NCBI GenBank assembly: GCA_009786125.1
Contig: WQTU01000137.1
Coordinates: forward strand, 1,387-65,386
DNA length: 64,000 bases
Direction: 5' to 3'
DNA from: Spirochaetota bacterium
Lineage (GTDB): Bacteria; Spirochaetota; Spirochaetia; CADAEX01
The notes under the pieces are model-generated. The model saw nothing but the letters and a program-made list of their open reading frames with translations, did no database searches and was not told the DNA's origin. Position numbers and translations under genes: made by a program. Positions 1 to 9,400 of the stretch are shown in pieces; the first letter of the stretch is position 1, and every line of letters starts with the position of its first letter.

Positions 1-1
1 A

Positions 2-142
2 CCGCCTCAAATGAACAGGGGAATTGGCAGTGAATATATTCAAGGTGTTACTTCTTTAGATGATCAATACATTATTATACTTGATATTGATCGGCTTTTT
101 GCCATGAAAGAACTAAAACAACTAGAAACATTTAAAAGATAA
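2..142 (+). CDS. 3' end of a CheW-like chemotaxis coupling protein (partial, runs off window start)
   Basis: Frame-2 translation ...SEYIQGVTSLDDQYIIILDIDRLFAMKELKQLETFKR* resembles CheW C-termini (GV..LDD..LILLDIDKL). Stop TAA at 140-142. Confidence 0.45.
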   Translation, partial: PPQMNRGIGSEYIQGVTSLDDQYIIILDIDRLFAMKELKQLETFKR

Positions 143-153
143 AGAAAAATAGA

Positions 154-1182
154 ATGTACATTCCTGTTTTTAAGCCATATATAAATAGAAAAGATATGGA
201 TAGTGTTTTAAGTTGCCTTGTAAGCGAAAAACTTGAAAATAATCAAATATCAAAACAGCTTTGCAGTGATATTTGTAAAGCTATTGAGGCAGATGATGGC
301 TTTCTTTTCAAAGAGTATAGGCGAGCTATCGAGATAGTGCTCCAATCCATAGACGCAGAAAGCAAAAAATATGTAATTCTCTCTCCGCTTTTGCCTGTAT
401 ATTATAAATTTGCAATAGAAGAAGCAGGACTTATCCCATTATATGTTGATGTAAATCCCGGAACTGCTTCAGTTTCTTACGATAAATTAAGCGAAACTGT
501 TCATAATAACCAGAACTCTATCCATTCTATAATAGTAGATTCTCCTTTGGGATATATGCCAGAATTTGCAAAAATAGCGGAATTGGGGGTTACTCTTATC
601 GAAGATATTTCAAATTCATTCGGCGCATCTGTCGAAGAAAAAAAAAGCGGTTCTTTCGGCGATTATATTATAATGAATATGGATCCAGATAAAATTGTAA
701 CAGCAGGGACTGGCACATTTGTTGCTGTAAAAAGCAAAAAAAACCGCGAATTGTTTAGAAACAGGGTTTTGGAATACGAAAAAGATATATTTTTACCAGA
801 CCTTAATGCAGCGCTTGCTATGCACCAGGTAAATAATCTGGAGAAAATTATAAACGCAAGAAACGATCTTGCTGTGATTTATTCCCAGGCTGTAATGAAA
901 ACAAAAAATAAAACTTTTGCGCAAACAAATAATTCTTGTAATGCTTTTACAGCTTTTCCTGTTATTGCAGAAGGCAGTACAAAAGAGATAAAAAAATATG
1001 CTTTAAAAAAAGGCGTTGAAGTTCTGGATGCATTTTCAGACTCAATTATCAGCAAAGCCAATATTGAAGAATGTCCCGAAGCAAAAGCTTTAAATATGAG
1101 ATGTTTGATTTTTCCTCTCTATCCAAATATTGGCAAGAATAATGCAGAAAAAATTGTTAAAATTATTTCAACACTTCCTTAG
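154..1182 (+). CDS. DegT/DnrJ/EryC1/StrS-family PLP-dependent aminotransferase-like protein (divergent)
   Basis: N-terminal 'IPVFKP' start and overall layout typical of the DegT family. GD....DK..TAGTG segment with a Lys at the expected PLP position. 342 aa. Confidence 0.55.
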   Translation: MYIPVFKPYINRKDMDSVLSCLVSEKLENNQISKQLCSDICKAIEADDGFLFKEYRRAIEIVLQSIDAESKKYVILSPLLPVYYKFAIEEAGLIPLYVDVNPGTASVSYDKLSETVHNNQNSIHSIIVDSPLGYMPEFAKIAELGVTLIEDISNSFGASVEEKKSGSFGDYIIMNMDPDKIVTAGTGTFVAVKSKKNRELFRNRVLEYEKDIFLPDLNAALAMHQVNNLEKIINARNDLAVIYSQAVMKTKNKTFAQTNNSCNAFTAFPVIAEGSTKEIKKYALKKGVEVLDAFSDSIISKANIEECPEAKALNMRCLIFPLYPNIGKNNAEKIVKIISTLP

Positions 1183-1221
1183 TATTTTTAAGTATTTTTT
1201 AAAAAACAGGTGAATTATTAA

Positions 1222-2091
1222 ATGAATAAAGATACGCGGACATGCAGCAACCAAATATTAGTAATTTATAACCCGGAAAAAGCAGGCGCTGTTAAGCTTT
1301 CATCAGAGATTCGGGATTATCTTGAAAGCAAAGAAATAAGCAATGCTGTTTGCTGCAGCAAGAGCATTTCCGAAGATTTTTTTGGGAAAAAGCACAGGCT
1401 TATTATTACTCTTGGCGGAGATGGCACGGTCTTATATTGTTCAAGGCTCTTCTCCCCGTACAATACGCCAATACTTGCAATAAACTTTGGAGAAATTGGT
1501 TTTATAACAGAAACTGAAAAAAATGAGTGGAAAAGCGCGCTTGAGTCTTTTTTAAACAATACTCATCAGCTTATAAAGCATATTCATCTCAAAGCTTCTG
1601 TTTTTCGCGAAAATGAAAAAAAATATGAAGCTAATTGCCTTAATGACTCTGTAATAACAGCAAACGGAGCTGCAAAACTTATTAACCTCAAAGTTTATGT
1701 AGAAAATTTATATCTTGGCAGATATAAGGCAGACGGCATAATTGTATCAACACCCACGGGTTCTACAGCTTATTCCGCAGCAGCAGGCGGTCCCTTGCTC
1801 TATCCTGAAATTGATGCTTTTATACTAACTCCTATTTGCCCTTATTCACTAACAAACCGCGCAATTGTTCTGCCTGTCGATAAAGAGATTAAAATTGTTG
1901 TAGAAAAAGATCAGCGTGTAGATATTGTTTTAACAACAGATGGCCAGGAAGTTTTTAAACTAAAAGAAGAAGATACAATTATTATTGAAAAATCGCACTA
2001 TATTACCCATATTATTAAAGCAGAAAAAGATGTTTTTTTCAGCAAGGTAAAAACCAAGCTTAACTGGTCCGGAGGTCCAAATAATGCTTGA
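1222..2091 (+). CDS. nadK: NAD+ kinase
   Basis: GGDGTVL motif, NDSVIT...DGIIVSTPTGSTAYSAAAGGP signature. 8-nt overlap with recN. Confidence 0.88.
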   Translation: MNKDTRTCSNQILVIYNPEKAGAVKLSSEIRDYLESKEISNAVCCSKSISEDFFGKKHRLIITLGGDGTVLYCSRLFSPYNTPILAINFGEIGFITETEKNEWKSALESFLNNTHQLIKHIHLKASVFRENEKKYEANCLNDSVITANGAAKLINLKVYVENLYLGRYKADGIIVSTPTGSTAYSAAAGGPLLYPEIDAFILTPICPYSLTNRAIVLPVDKEIKIVVEKDQRVDIVLTTDGQEVFKLKEEDTIIIEKSHYITHIIKAEKDVFFSKVKTKLNWSGGPNNA

Positions 2092-3772
2092 AGAATTATA
2101 TGTAAATAATGTTGCTTTAATTGATAATCTTAAAATAGATTTCAAGCCAGGCTTTAATATTCTCACAGGAGAATCAGGCTCCGGTAAATCTCTTATAGCA
2201 GGAGCTATTTCGCTTCTAAAAGGAAATAAAGGCGACAGCGGCATTATACGCACAGGAGCAGATTCTGCCGAAGTTTCGGGTATTTTTACAATAAACAGTG
2301 ACCTGGAACTTGCAAAGTGGCTTGAGGCAAAGGGAATAACGCCCGAAGAAAACAGCCTTATTATAAGAAGAACTCTAAAATCAAATGGCAGAGGCACTAT
2401 TACCGTGCAATCTGTTCCTTTGGTTAGAAATGAACTTGTGGAGCTTTCATCATTCCTGTTTGATATACACGGGCAGCACGAGCAGCATACTCTTATAAGC
2501 GAGGATAAACAGCGAATACTGCTTGATAATTATTCGGGTATAAGCGAAGATGTTGTTTTATTTTCTTCGCTATTTGATATTTTGTCAAAATTAAAAAAGA
2601 AGCTCTCTGAGCATGAACTCTCGGAAAAAGAAAGATTAAGAGAGATTGATATTTTAAAATTTGTAATAAGCGAGATTTCAGAAGCAAAGCTTGTTCCCGG
2701 CGAAGATGAGAAAATAGAAAAAGAGCATAAAATTCTTCTGGAACATGAAAAGCTTTTTAAATTTGTAGATGAAGCGCATGAACAGCTTGCGGGATCAGGA
2801 AGCCAGACAGGGCTCTTGTTAAAGTTAAAAACAGCTCTTAATTCCCTTAATTCTGCAGCACTAATAGATGAAAGCTTGGGCAATTTTTCCGAAAGAATGT
2901 CAAACTCCTTTTTTGATCTCGAAGATATTTCCGAATCATTAAGAGATTACAAATTTAAAAACAGCTATAGCCCGGAAAAACTTCAGTTATACGAAGAAAG
3001 GCTTTCTGTTATTTATAAACTCAAAAAGAAATACGGCGGTACTCTTAATGATGTAATAAAATATCTCGAAGATTCGATTGAGAGGCTTTCTGAACTGGAA
3101 AACTTTGATGCAAACAGGGAAGAATTAAAAGCCGAAATAAAGAAAAAAGAAGAGGAAGTTGTCAAAAAAGCGAGTGAGCTTTCTGAAAAAAGAGTAAAAA
3201 ATGGCGCCGTACTTGAAAAAGAGATTGAAGAAGTTCTTAAATCCCTTGGTATGCCTAATGTACAATTTAAAGTATCAGTACAAATACGAAAAAATGAATC
3301 TAACAAGCCTGTTTACACGCCTTATGGATTTGATAAAATAGAATTTTTAATTTCGCCAAATACAGGCGAGCCTCTTAAACCAATTGAGCAAATTGCATCT
3401 GGCGGCGAGCTTTCCAGGATAATGCTTGCCATAAAAAGCGTGCTTTCTAACAATGACCCTGTGGATTCCATGCTTTTTGATGAAATTGACTCAGGTATCG
3501 GAGGTGAAATTGCTGTTTCGCTTGGGTATCATTTGCAGAAACTTTCCACAGCAAAACAAATAATTTGCATAACTCACCTTGCATCTATAGCTGTTAATGC
3601 CGATAATCACATAAGAGTAAGAAAAATCATAGAAAATCAGAGAACTTTTACCCGGGCAGATAAGGTTGAAAATAACGACAGGGTAGCTGAAGTTGCACGT
3701 ATGTTGGCAGGTGACCAAAAAGGCGATGTTTCGCTCGAACATGCGAGAGTGATGCTAAGTAAAAAATTTTAA
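2084..3772 (+). CDS. recN: DNA repair protein RecN
   Basis: N-terminal Walker A GESGSGKS, long coiled-coil middle, C-terminal ABC signature/Walker B region (ASGGELSRIMLA..LFDEIDSGIGG). Confidence 0.9.
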   Translation: MLEELYVNNVALIDNLKIDFKPGFNILTGESGSGKSLIAGAISLLKGNKGDSGIIRTGADSAEVSGIFTINSDLELAKWLEAKGITPEENSLIIRRTLKSNGRGTITVQSVPLVRNELVELSSFLFDIHGQHEQHTLISEDKQRILLDNYSGISEDVVLFSSLFDILSKLKKKLSEHELSEKERLREIDILKFVISEISEAKLVPGEDEKIEKEHKILLEHEKLFKFVDEAHEQLAGSGSQTGLLLKLKTALNSLNSAALIDESLGNFSERMSNSFFDLEDISESLRDYKFKNSYSPEKLQLYEERLSVIYKLKKKYGGTLNDVIKYLEDSIERLSELENFDANREELKAEIKKKEEEVVKKASELSEKRVKNGAVLEKEIEEVLKSLGMPNVQFKVSVQIRKNESNKPVYTPYGFDKIEFLISPNTGEPLKPIEQIASGGELSRIMLAIKSVLSNNDPVDSMLFDEIDSGIGGEIAVSLGYHLQKLSTAKQIICITHLASIAVNADNHIRVRKIIENQRTFTRADKVENNDRVAEVARMLAGDQKGDVSLEHARVMLSKKF

Positions 3773-3856
3773 ATAGCAGCTAATTTATTCAGTCGAGAAT
3801 TGCGAAGCATTCCGAAGGGGCAATTAGCATTACCTTATTATTAAAAGAGGATATAT

Positions 3857-4654
3857 ATGGCAAAGGTAACTCAACAGGCAAGAAAAAACTATACAGATCA
3901 TATTACCAAGTATAAAAAAATAATTGACGAGATTCAGGGCAAAGAAAATAAATTTAACTTAGATATTAAAGCAGATAAAGTGGAAAACCCGGAAGCTGCT
4001 AAAATTGAAATGGCTGATGCTATTTTAAACCTTAGTTCTTATTATATTTTGTTAAATGCTCTCTCCGCAACTTTGCTTGGTGTGAAAAATGAAAACTATT
4101 TGAATGAGGCAAGAAAAGCTGTGTACAGGGCATTGATTTTTTTGGAAGCTGTTGTTACAAACATCATTGATCTTCCTTTTTCTGAGTTGTCCGAGCATCA
4201 TGAAAAAATAAGTGATTTTCCGGATAAAGGCAGATTTGAAATTTCAAAAAAACTTGCTTTTACAGTAGATATGATTAAAGAAGCATTTGGCGAAAACTCA
4301 AAGTGGAAATGGTCATTTGTAGAACTTGAAGGAAGATCTGCGACAGTAATAAAGAATTTAATAAATTATAAAACCCTGATTTCGGGAATGGATCCTTCGT
4401 ATGCTGACTACGAAATCGTAATGAATCATCTGATTATGATAAAAAAAATACTTATGACCGCAGCAACCAGATACAGGGAAAAATATGAACTTAACACTTT
4501 TCGTATAGATGATTTTAAATTGGCATTAAACTATCTTTCTGCATTAAGAAGGCTGCATATATATCTTGGTGAAAGCAATGATGCTGAAACCGTAAAAAAG
4601 AATCTTGAAATCTGGAAAGTAAAAATGGAAAAGGACTCAAGTAAAAGTGTCTAA
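3857..4654 (+). CDS. hypothetical protein
   Basis: 265-aa ORF with RBS aaagagg upstream. No recognisable motif; codon usage consistent with neighbours. Confidence 0.55.
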   Translation: MAKVTQQARKNYTDHITKYKKIIDEIQGKENKFNLDIKADKVENPEAAKIEMADAILNLSSYYILLNALSATLLGVKNENYLNEARKAVYRALIFLEAVVTNIIDLPFSELSEHHEKISDFPDKGRFEISKKLAFTVDMIKEAFGENSKWKWSFVELEGRSATVIKNLINYKTLISGMDPSYADYEIVMNHLIMIKKILMTAATRYREKYELNTFRIDDFKLALNYLSALRRLHIYLGESNDAETVKKNLEIWKVKMEKDSSKSV

Positions 4655-4759
4655 CTTTAATTGATGAAACCTTTAAAATAACCTGAAAATAATCCCTGTC
4701 AGCATAATCAATATTTCAAAACTTGATATTTTCATGTAAAAGGAGATATTGTCTTAAGA

Positions 4760-6421
4760 ATGGAATTAGAGCGTGAAATAATAATCATGGTCGATGATGA
4801 CCCCACGTATCTGACTGTTGTAAAAAACACCCTTGCAGATAAATATGATATATTTACTGTTCCGTCAGGCAGTAAGCTGTTTCAGATTCTTGAAAAAATA
4901 ACGCCAAGTTTAATATTGCTGGATATCGAAATGCCGGGAATGAGCGGGTATGATGTCATAAGAAAACTAAAAAATACTGATGAAACAAAACATATTCCGG
5001 TTATTTTTTTCACGGCAACAGCTGATCCCAAAAATGAGGTAAAAGGTCTTGATTCAGGGGCTGTTGATTATATAACAAAGCCTTTTTCCAGAGAGTTACT
5101 TTTAAAACGGATAGAGTTACATTTGCTTTTGGAAATACAAAAAAAAGAGCTTGTTAAGTACTCCAAAGATTTAGAAGAAATGGTTAATCAGAAGACTCAG
5201 GAAATTTCTGAGCTGCATGCTGCAATTTTAAAAACAATAGCTGAGCTTGTTGAATCTCGCGATGATATAACAGGCAAACATATCGAAAAAACGCAGAAGT
5301 ATTTATTTTTGCTTGTGAAGCGGATGTTTGAGTATGGGGTTTATATCGAGGAAATTTCAAAGTGGAATATCGATATGTTTGTGATGTCTTCCCAGCTTCA
5401 TGATGTTGGAAAAATATCCATAAGGGATGATATATTGACGAAAAAGGGAAAGCTTACGGATGAAGAATTCGAAGAAATGAAAAAACACTCTCTTTTGGGT
5501 GCAGGTATTATTGAAAAAATCGAGAAAAATACAACAAAAGGCAGCGCATTCCTTAAATATGCCAAGCTGTTAACAACCAGCCATCATGAAAAATGGAACG
5601 GAACCGGCTATCCTTTGGGGCTCAAGGGCAAAGATATTCCGCTTCAGGGAAGAATGATGGCGCTGGTAGATGTTTATGATGCGCTAACCAGCAGAAGGCC
5701 GTACAAAAAAGCATTTAGCCATGAGGAATCCGTAAAAATTATTGAAGATGGAGCAGGCAGCCATTTTGATCCTCTGCTGGTTGAAGTTTTTCTAAAGCAT
5801 GAAGCGGAATTTAAAAACATCAGTATTGGTGATTTTGTTGATGTACATACTGTATCAACTTCTTCCGAAAAAAGACTCGATCGTTACTTGAAAATTTTTA
5901 TTAACGGTTTATTAAAGAGTGATTCTTATAGAGATGAAGTTTCGAAGTGGGATATTGACTTATTTTTAATTTCTGCGCAGTTATACGATAGCGCAAAAGC
6001 AAATGTAAAAGACGAGATATTTAGTAAAACCGAAAAACTTACTAAAGAAGATATTGAAGAGATTAAAAAACATGAAAACTTTGGAATTAGAATAATTCAG
6101 CAAATAAAAGGAAAGCTAAAAGACGAAAATCTGTTAAGTTACACAGAAGCTTTAGCCATCAGCTATCATGAAAAATGGGATGGAACCGGTTACCCGCACG
6201 GACTCAAGGGCAAAGATATTCCGCTTCAGGGAAGGATAATGGCTATTGTTGATGTTTACAATGCTCTTACCAGCGACCGGCCGTACAGAAAAATGTTTTC
6301 CCATACAGAGGCTGTAGAAATAATAAAGAAAAGTTACAGCGGAACCTATTTTGATCCGGAGCTTGTTAATGTTTTTCTTGAGAGAGAAAAGGAATTTGAG
6401 AAGAAAGCAACGAATGAATAG
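4760..6421 (+). CDS. response regulator with receiver domain and tandem HD-GYP domains (RpfG-like c-di-GMP phosphodiesterase). The second HD-GYP is degenerate.
   Basis: REC: MVDDD...LLDIEMPGMSG...KPF. HD-GYP 1: HDVGK...HHEKWNGTGYP...DVYDALTSRRPY. HD-GYP 2: YDSAK...YHEKWDGTGYP...DVYNALTSDRPY. Confidence 0.85.
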   Translation: MELEREIIIMVDDDPTYLTVVKNTLADKYDIFTVPSGSKLFQILEKITPSLILLDIEMPGMSGYDVIRKLKNTDETKHIPVIFFTATADPKNEVKGLDSGAVDYITKPFSRELLLKRIELHLLLEIQKKELVKYSKDLEEMVNQKTQEISELHAAILKTIAELVESRDDITGKHIEKTQKYLFLLVKRMFEYGVYIEEISKWNIDMFVMSSQLHDVGKISIRDDILTKKGKLTDEEFEEMKKHSLLGAGIIEKIEKNTTKGSAFLKYAKLLTTSHHEKWNGTGYPLGLKGKDIPLQGRMMALVDVYDALTSRRPYKKAFSHEESVKIIEDGAGSHFDPLLVEVFLKHEAEFKNISIGDFVDVHTVSTSSEKRLDRYLKIFINGLLKSDSYRDEVSKWDIDLFLISAQLYDSAKANVKDEIFSKTEKLTKEDIEEIKKHENFGIRIIQQIKGKLKDENLLSYTEALAISYHEKWDGTGYPHGLKGKDIPLQGRIMAIVDVYNALTSDRPYRKMFSHTEAVEIIKKSYSGTYFDPELVNVFLEREKEFEKKATNE

Positions 6422-9400
6422 TATAGTAAAACAAACAAAAGGATCGCTTTGCGCGTGCTTTGCACGGATACCCATCTGCTTGCAGCGGAATACGCGCCGA
6501 TGGCGCAGGGTGCAGAGCTTGCTCTGCGGTTTTATATGCCTTATTTTTCTGACTATTATTATTTTTACCATTACAGGTTGCTTTAAAAAATCAAAAAGAC
6601 CGGAATTCGATATCAATTCTGTTAAATCTTATCGCGATGTCCCATTTATAACAGATCGCGAAATAGATTTGATTGAAGCGCTTAAAGCTACGCGAACAAG
6701 TTTTTCTGTAGGGCATTTAGCAACAAAAGAGTCGCATGGTTTTACATTGCCTGGCAACACGCACCCCGGCTTTACAGCTATGTTATGCGAATTGCTTTCC
6801 GTGCTTTTCGGCATCCAGTTTTATCCGGTTTCTTATGATTGGGAATTCCTGAGAAGCGGAGTTGACAGAAGAGAGATTGATTTTACAATAGAACTTACTC
6901 CAACAAGTCATCGGATGATGTATCGTTATTTTATGACTTTCCCGTTCGCTCAGCGTTCGCTTGGAGTTTATACATATAATTGCGGTAATCCTGAAAGAAT
7001 TCCTGTTCAAATAAGAAGTAAATATGATCTCAATAATCTTAAGATAGGCTTTCTTGAAGAAACTACAGCGCTTCAGATTGTTCAGGAAAGCTATTCGGGA
7101 CTTGTTTTTGAGGTAATGGAATTCAGAAATTTTTTAGCTCTGAATAATGCTTTGGAATCTGGTCTTATTGATGCCTATATTGTTGATGATATAGATTATA
7201 TTGCAATAAAAGAAAATAACTATATTACTGTTACCAGAAATATTCTTCCTCTTGCCCATATTCCTGTTGCACTGGCTACTGCAAATCCTGAGTTAGAGCC
7301 AATTATAATGATCCTTAACAAATATATATCAAATGGAGGAGTTGCCAAAATTTATGAATTATACAAAATAAATGTTTTTAAGCACAGGCAATATGAGCTT
7401 CTAAATTCTTTTTCTCCCGAAGAAATTGATTATCTAAACAATCTTGTTGCCAACAACCCCAAAGTGCGTATTGCTTTGGAGCATGATAATTACCCGATAA
7501 GTTTTTATAACAGAAATGAGCGGGAATTTCAGGGAATTGTGCCTGATATTTTGACAGAAATAACTCTGCTTACAGGTATTAAATTTGATATAGTGACTGA
7601 CAGAAACACAAAATATTCAGAAATGCTTGAAATGCTAAGGAATGGCACAGCTTCTGTGATTTCAGAAATGCCGTGTACCGAAGCAGCGGAAGAAAATTTT
7701 CTTAGAGCAGCAATACCTTATGCTATTTCGTATCACGCACTTTTATCAAGGCTGGATTTTCCGGATCTGGAAAAATTTCAGGTAATACAGAAAATCGTAG
7801 GTATTAAAAGAGGAACTGCTTTTGAATCTACGTACACTTCTTTGTTTCCTCACAATAACAACGTAATGCTGTTTAACAGTTATACCGAGGCAAAAGACGC
7901 GTTAATAAAAGGCAGAGTCGGTCTGCTTAAGTCGTCCACTTTTGGACTTCTTGCAATAGCTAATTATCGGGAAAATCCTTACTATAAAATAAATATTCTT
8001 TTTAACACATTACCAAAAAGATCGTATTTTGGATTTAACAAAAATGAGGACATATTGAGGTCTATTTTCTGCAAAACTCAGGCTTTTATTCAGGTTGACC
8101 GAATTGAACGAGCCTGGGTAAACCGCACTTTTGATTATTCAAGGAGGCTTGCTCATGAGCGTTTAATTTATGTCTCTTCATTCAGCATCGTCACTTTTTT
8201 GATATTGGTATTATTAATTATTTTGTTTATAAATAATTTTAGGCTGCAAAAAAATTATAAACAACAGGCAGCAATTATCTCCGGTATATTCAATTCTATT
8301 CCTGATTCTATTTATTGCAAAGATATCAATTTCACATATACAAACTGCAACTACAGTTTTGAAAAATTTCTGAGATGCGATAAATCAAAAATAATTGGAA
8401 AAACTACCTTTGATTTTGATGTTATAAATAATAACGCAAATTTATTTATAGAAGGAGAAAAAAAAGTATTAGAAGAAAATAAAACTGTAATAAGTGAAGG
8501 CTGGTTTGTTTCTCCGGACAAGGCTCGCAAGTTTTATGAAGTTATCAAGACACCTTTAATTCATAAAGGCGAGTTTAGCGGAATACTTGGAATTATTAGA
8601 GACATTACAGCGCATGAAGAAGCAAAAGAAGTAGCGCATAGTGCTTCCAGAGCAAAAAGTGTGTTTTTGGCGCACATGAGTCATGAAATTCGTACTCCCA
8701 TGAATGTGATTTTAGGAATGAGCGAACTTGTGCTAAAGGAAAATATTTCCGGCAAAGTTTATGAATACACCAAGCTTGTAAAGCAAGCAAGTAATAATAT
8801 GCTAACAATTATTAATGATATACTTGATTTTTCAAAAATTGAGACAGGTAAGGTTGATATTGTAATAGCAGAGTTTGATCTTCCTCCGTTTATTAATGAT
8901 GTTATTAGTATTGCCAAAGCGAAAATTAGCGAAAAACCGATATTTTTAACAGCAAATGTTGATTGCAATATTCCATATCGTATGTATGGTGATATTGTCA
9001 GAACCAAGCAGATATTGCTGAACCTTATTACCAATGCCATCAAATATACCAACAGAGGTTTTGTTTCTATTAATGCGATATATTATATGAAAGACGATAT
9101 TCCTGTTGTAAAAATAGAGGTTGCAGATAGCGGTATTGGAATAAAAAAGGAAAATATCGAAAAACTTTTTGACAGATTTACTCGTTTTGATGCAGATAAA
9201 ACAGCAACTATAGAAGGAACAGGATTGGGACTTGCAATTACAAAAAAACTTTGCGAAGCGCTTGGTTCAAAAATCTCGGTAAAAAGCGAATACGATATCG
9301 GAAGCACGTTTACAGTTGCCTTTTATCCAAAAGTCAGCCAGTATAAAAAGCTTGCTGAAGTTACAAATCCCGAAGAAAAGCCTGTGTTGCTTTACGAACC

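Noticed and set aside
6351-6413. ORF-track start of the hybrid kinase at 6351
   Set aside because: It lies inside the 3' end of the HD-GYP regulator gene in another frame. ATG 6414 gives the common ATGA-type overlap. The true start may be even later because of repeat copy A.
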